A DNA stretch of 64,000 bases, taken from positions 17,608,001 through 17,672,000 of the forward strand of contig NC_135822.1 in NCBI RefSeq assembly GCF_964213995.1. The letters are read 5' to 3'. Positions 62,266-64,000 of this stretch are shown here, piece after piece. The stretch is from Mustelus asterias (taxonomy: Eukaryota). Numbering within the stretch: the first letter of the stretch is position 1; each line of letters starts with the position of its first letter. A model generated the notes under the pieces. That model saw nothing but the letters and a program-made list of their open reading frames with translations. It was not told the DNA's origin and searched no databases. Made by a program: the position numbers and the translations under genes.

Positions 62266-63282
62266 AATGGCAGAGAGGCTAAACGATAACTTTGTGAATG
62301 TTTTCACAAAGGACATGATTTCTAATTCTAGAAGATGCAAGAAATCTTCCAGAATTAGAGATCCAAGGGAATAGGGAAAATGAGGAATTGAAGGAAATTT
62401 AGTATTGGTAAGAAGGTTGTATTGGAGAAATTAATAGGATTGGAGGCTGATAAGCCCCCAAGATCTGATATACTACACCCCAGAGTGTTGAAAGAGGTAG
62501 CTTTGGAGATAGTGGATACATCGGTGATCATCTTCCAAATTTCTGTCGATTCTGGAATGGTTCCTACAGATTGGAAGGTAGCAAATGTCATTCCACTATT
62601 TGAAACAGAGATAAAGAGAAAATGGGGAACTAATCATTTTTAGGAAAAATAAAATGTATGTTAAATGGGCACTTGGATAATGATGACCTGTTTGGACATA
62701 GTCAACATGAATTTATGAAGGGACATCATATTTGGTGAACCTGTTGGAGTTTTTTGCTGATATCAAAAACTGAATTGATAAAGGGGAGTTGGTGGATGTA
62801 GTATACTTGGATTTTCAGAAGGCTTTTGATAAAGTCTCCTGGGGTCGGTTAGCAAAAGTGAAGCACACGGGATAGGAGGTAATGTACTGACATGGATTAA
62901 GGATTGGTTAACCAGCAGAAAACAGAGTAACAGGATCATTTTCACTGGCTGGCTGTGACTAGTGGGGTACCACAAGGATCAGTACTTGGGTCCCAGCTGT
63001 ATATCAATGATTTGGATGTGGGGACCAAAATGTAACATTTCCAAGTTTGCAGATGACACACAGCTAGGTTGCTGCGAGGGCATTAGATGATTATTTGAAG
63101 AGAAGCAATGTGCAGGGATATGAGGAAAAGGCAGGGGAATGGCACCAAGTCATTATGATTGTTTTGAGGGCTGGTGCAGACACGATGGGCCAAATGACCG
63201 AATGCTGCAATTCTGTGTGGCTGGCTTTTTATAAACACAAGAAATTCTGTTGTAGTGTGAGCCATTCTGTACAGTCGGATTA

Positions 63283-63619
63283 AGTAAGAAGTCTCACAAC
63301 ACCAGGTTAAAGTCCAACAGGTTTATTTGGTAGCAAATACCATAAGCTTTCGGAGCGCTGCTCCTTCGTCAGATGGAGTGGATATCTGCTCTCAAACAGT
63401 GCACAGAGACACAAAATCAAGTTACAGAATACTGATTAGAATGCGAATCCCTACAACCAGCCAGGTCTTAAAGGTACAGATAATGTGGGTGGAGGGAGCA
63501 TTAAACACAGGTTAAAGAGATGTGTATTGTCTCCAGACAGAACAGCTAGTGAGATTCTGCAAGTCCAGCAGGCAAACTGTGGGGGTTACTGATAATGTGA
63601 CATAAACCCAAGATCCCAG
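63283..63619 (-). mobile_element. Penelope 3' terminal fragment
   Basis: Homologous to 18436-18770 (ACACCAGGTTAAAGTCCAACAGGTTTATTTGG...GTATTGTCTCCAGACAG). Confidence 0.85.
63340..63376 (-). ncRNA. minimal type I hammerhead ribozyme motif
   Basis: CCAT-CTGACGA-AGGAGC-AGC-GCTCC-GAAA-GCTT-ATGG. Confidence 0.72.
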
Positions 63620-63674
63620 TCGGAATAAGCCACTGAGAGGCACAGTAATATTCATATTGAGCATGAGACGTCTG

Positions 63675-63757
63675 CCAGTAGATGGCGCTGTGTAGCAGTG
63701 TCTGGCGCCATCGAGTGGATAGAATGTGATACTGCAATGTCTGACGCCGCCTAGCGA
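63675..63757. promoter_or_regulatory. cluster of three CTCF-like motifs
   Basis: CCAGTAGATGGCGCTG (+, 63675-63690), CCACTCGATGGCGCC (-, 63704-63718, with TGCAG upstream module), TCGCTAGGCGGCGTC (-, 63743-63757). Confidence 0.65.
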
Positions 63758-64000
63758 CAGGAATTTACATGGTAACTACACAGATTTCTGAGGAACATTC
63801 TCTACCCATCTGGAGCAAAAGCATCATTAAGTGGGATAAGTGAGGATTTTTTCACCTTTTTTTGTGCTTGTGCCATTTATATAAACTCGCTTGAAAACAC
63901 AATGAACATACTTCAATGTATGTAGCACCTCTACCATAGAGGTAAGAGGGCAAGGCACTTCACAAAAACATCCGACAGGTGCCAAAAGATTGAGCAAAGG

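Larger units (their letters stand above)
60740..63065 (+). mobile_element. old CR1 ORF2 remnant interrupted by an LTR-like element and a SINE
   Basis: LEADKPPRSDILHPRVLKEVALEIVD..DWKVANVIPLF, LDFQKAFDK and KFADDT in broken frames. Confidence 0.8.

Overview
This is repeat-rich vertebrate genomic DNA. The repeat complement (HE1/V-SINEs, HER1/CR1 LINEs, Deu-domain SINEs) points to a shark or other elasmobranch. Two multi-exon genes lie on the minus strand. PHF13 has 4 coding exons (47270-35258, about 351 aa, C-terminal PHD finger). THAP3 lies downstream with 4 coding exons (26919-13036, about 222 aa; THAP zinc finger, DHxY motif, coiled coil). This is the same PHF13-THAP3 tandem order as in human. 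The remainder is CR1/L2/RTE/Rex LINE fragments, about 18 HE1-type SINEs, Penelope-like (GIY-YIG) retroelements, solo-LTR-like elements, Harbinger-like MITEs, a decayed tRNA-Leu(TAG), and two intronic minisatellites (39 bp and 25 bp units). The most notable observations are: (i) a ~350-bp TSD-flanked, A-tailed, highly structured retroposon with a U2 snRNA head and a second internal U2 stem-loop I, a candidate snRNA-derived SINE or Keno/Utopia derivative; (ii) six hammerhead-ribozyme motifs in Penelope termini showing compensatory stem changes; (iii) several large inverted-repeat insertions, including a 3.5-kb Penelope hairpin inside a THAP3 intron; (iv) decayed copies of the THAP3 exon-1/donor junction in intron 1, from which the 39-bp minisatellite appears to derive; (v) two CTCF-motif clusters bracketing the locus. 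Repeat boundaries and family names were judged by eye and are approximate.
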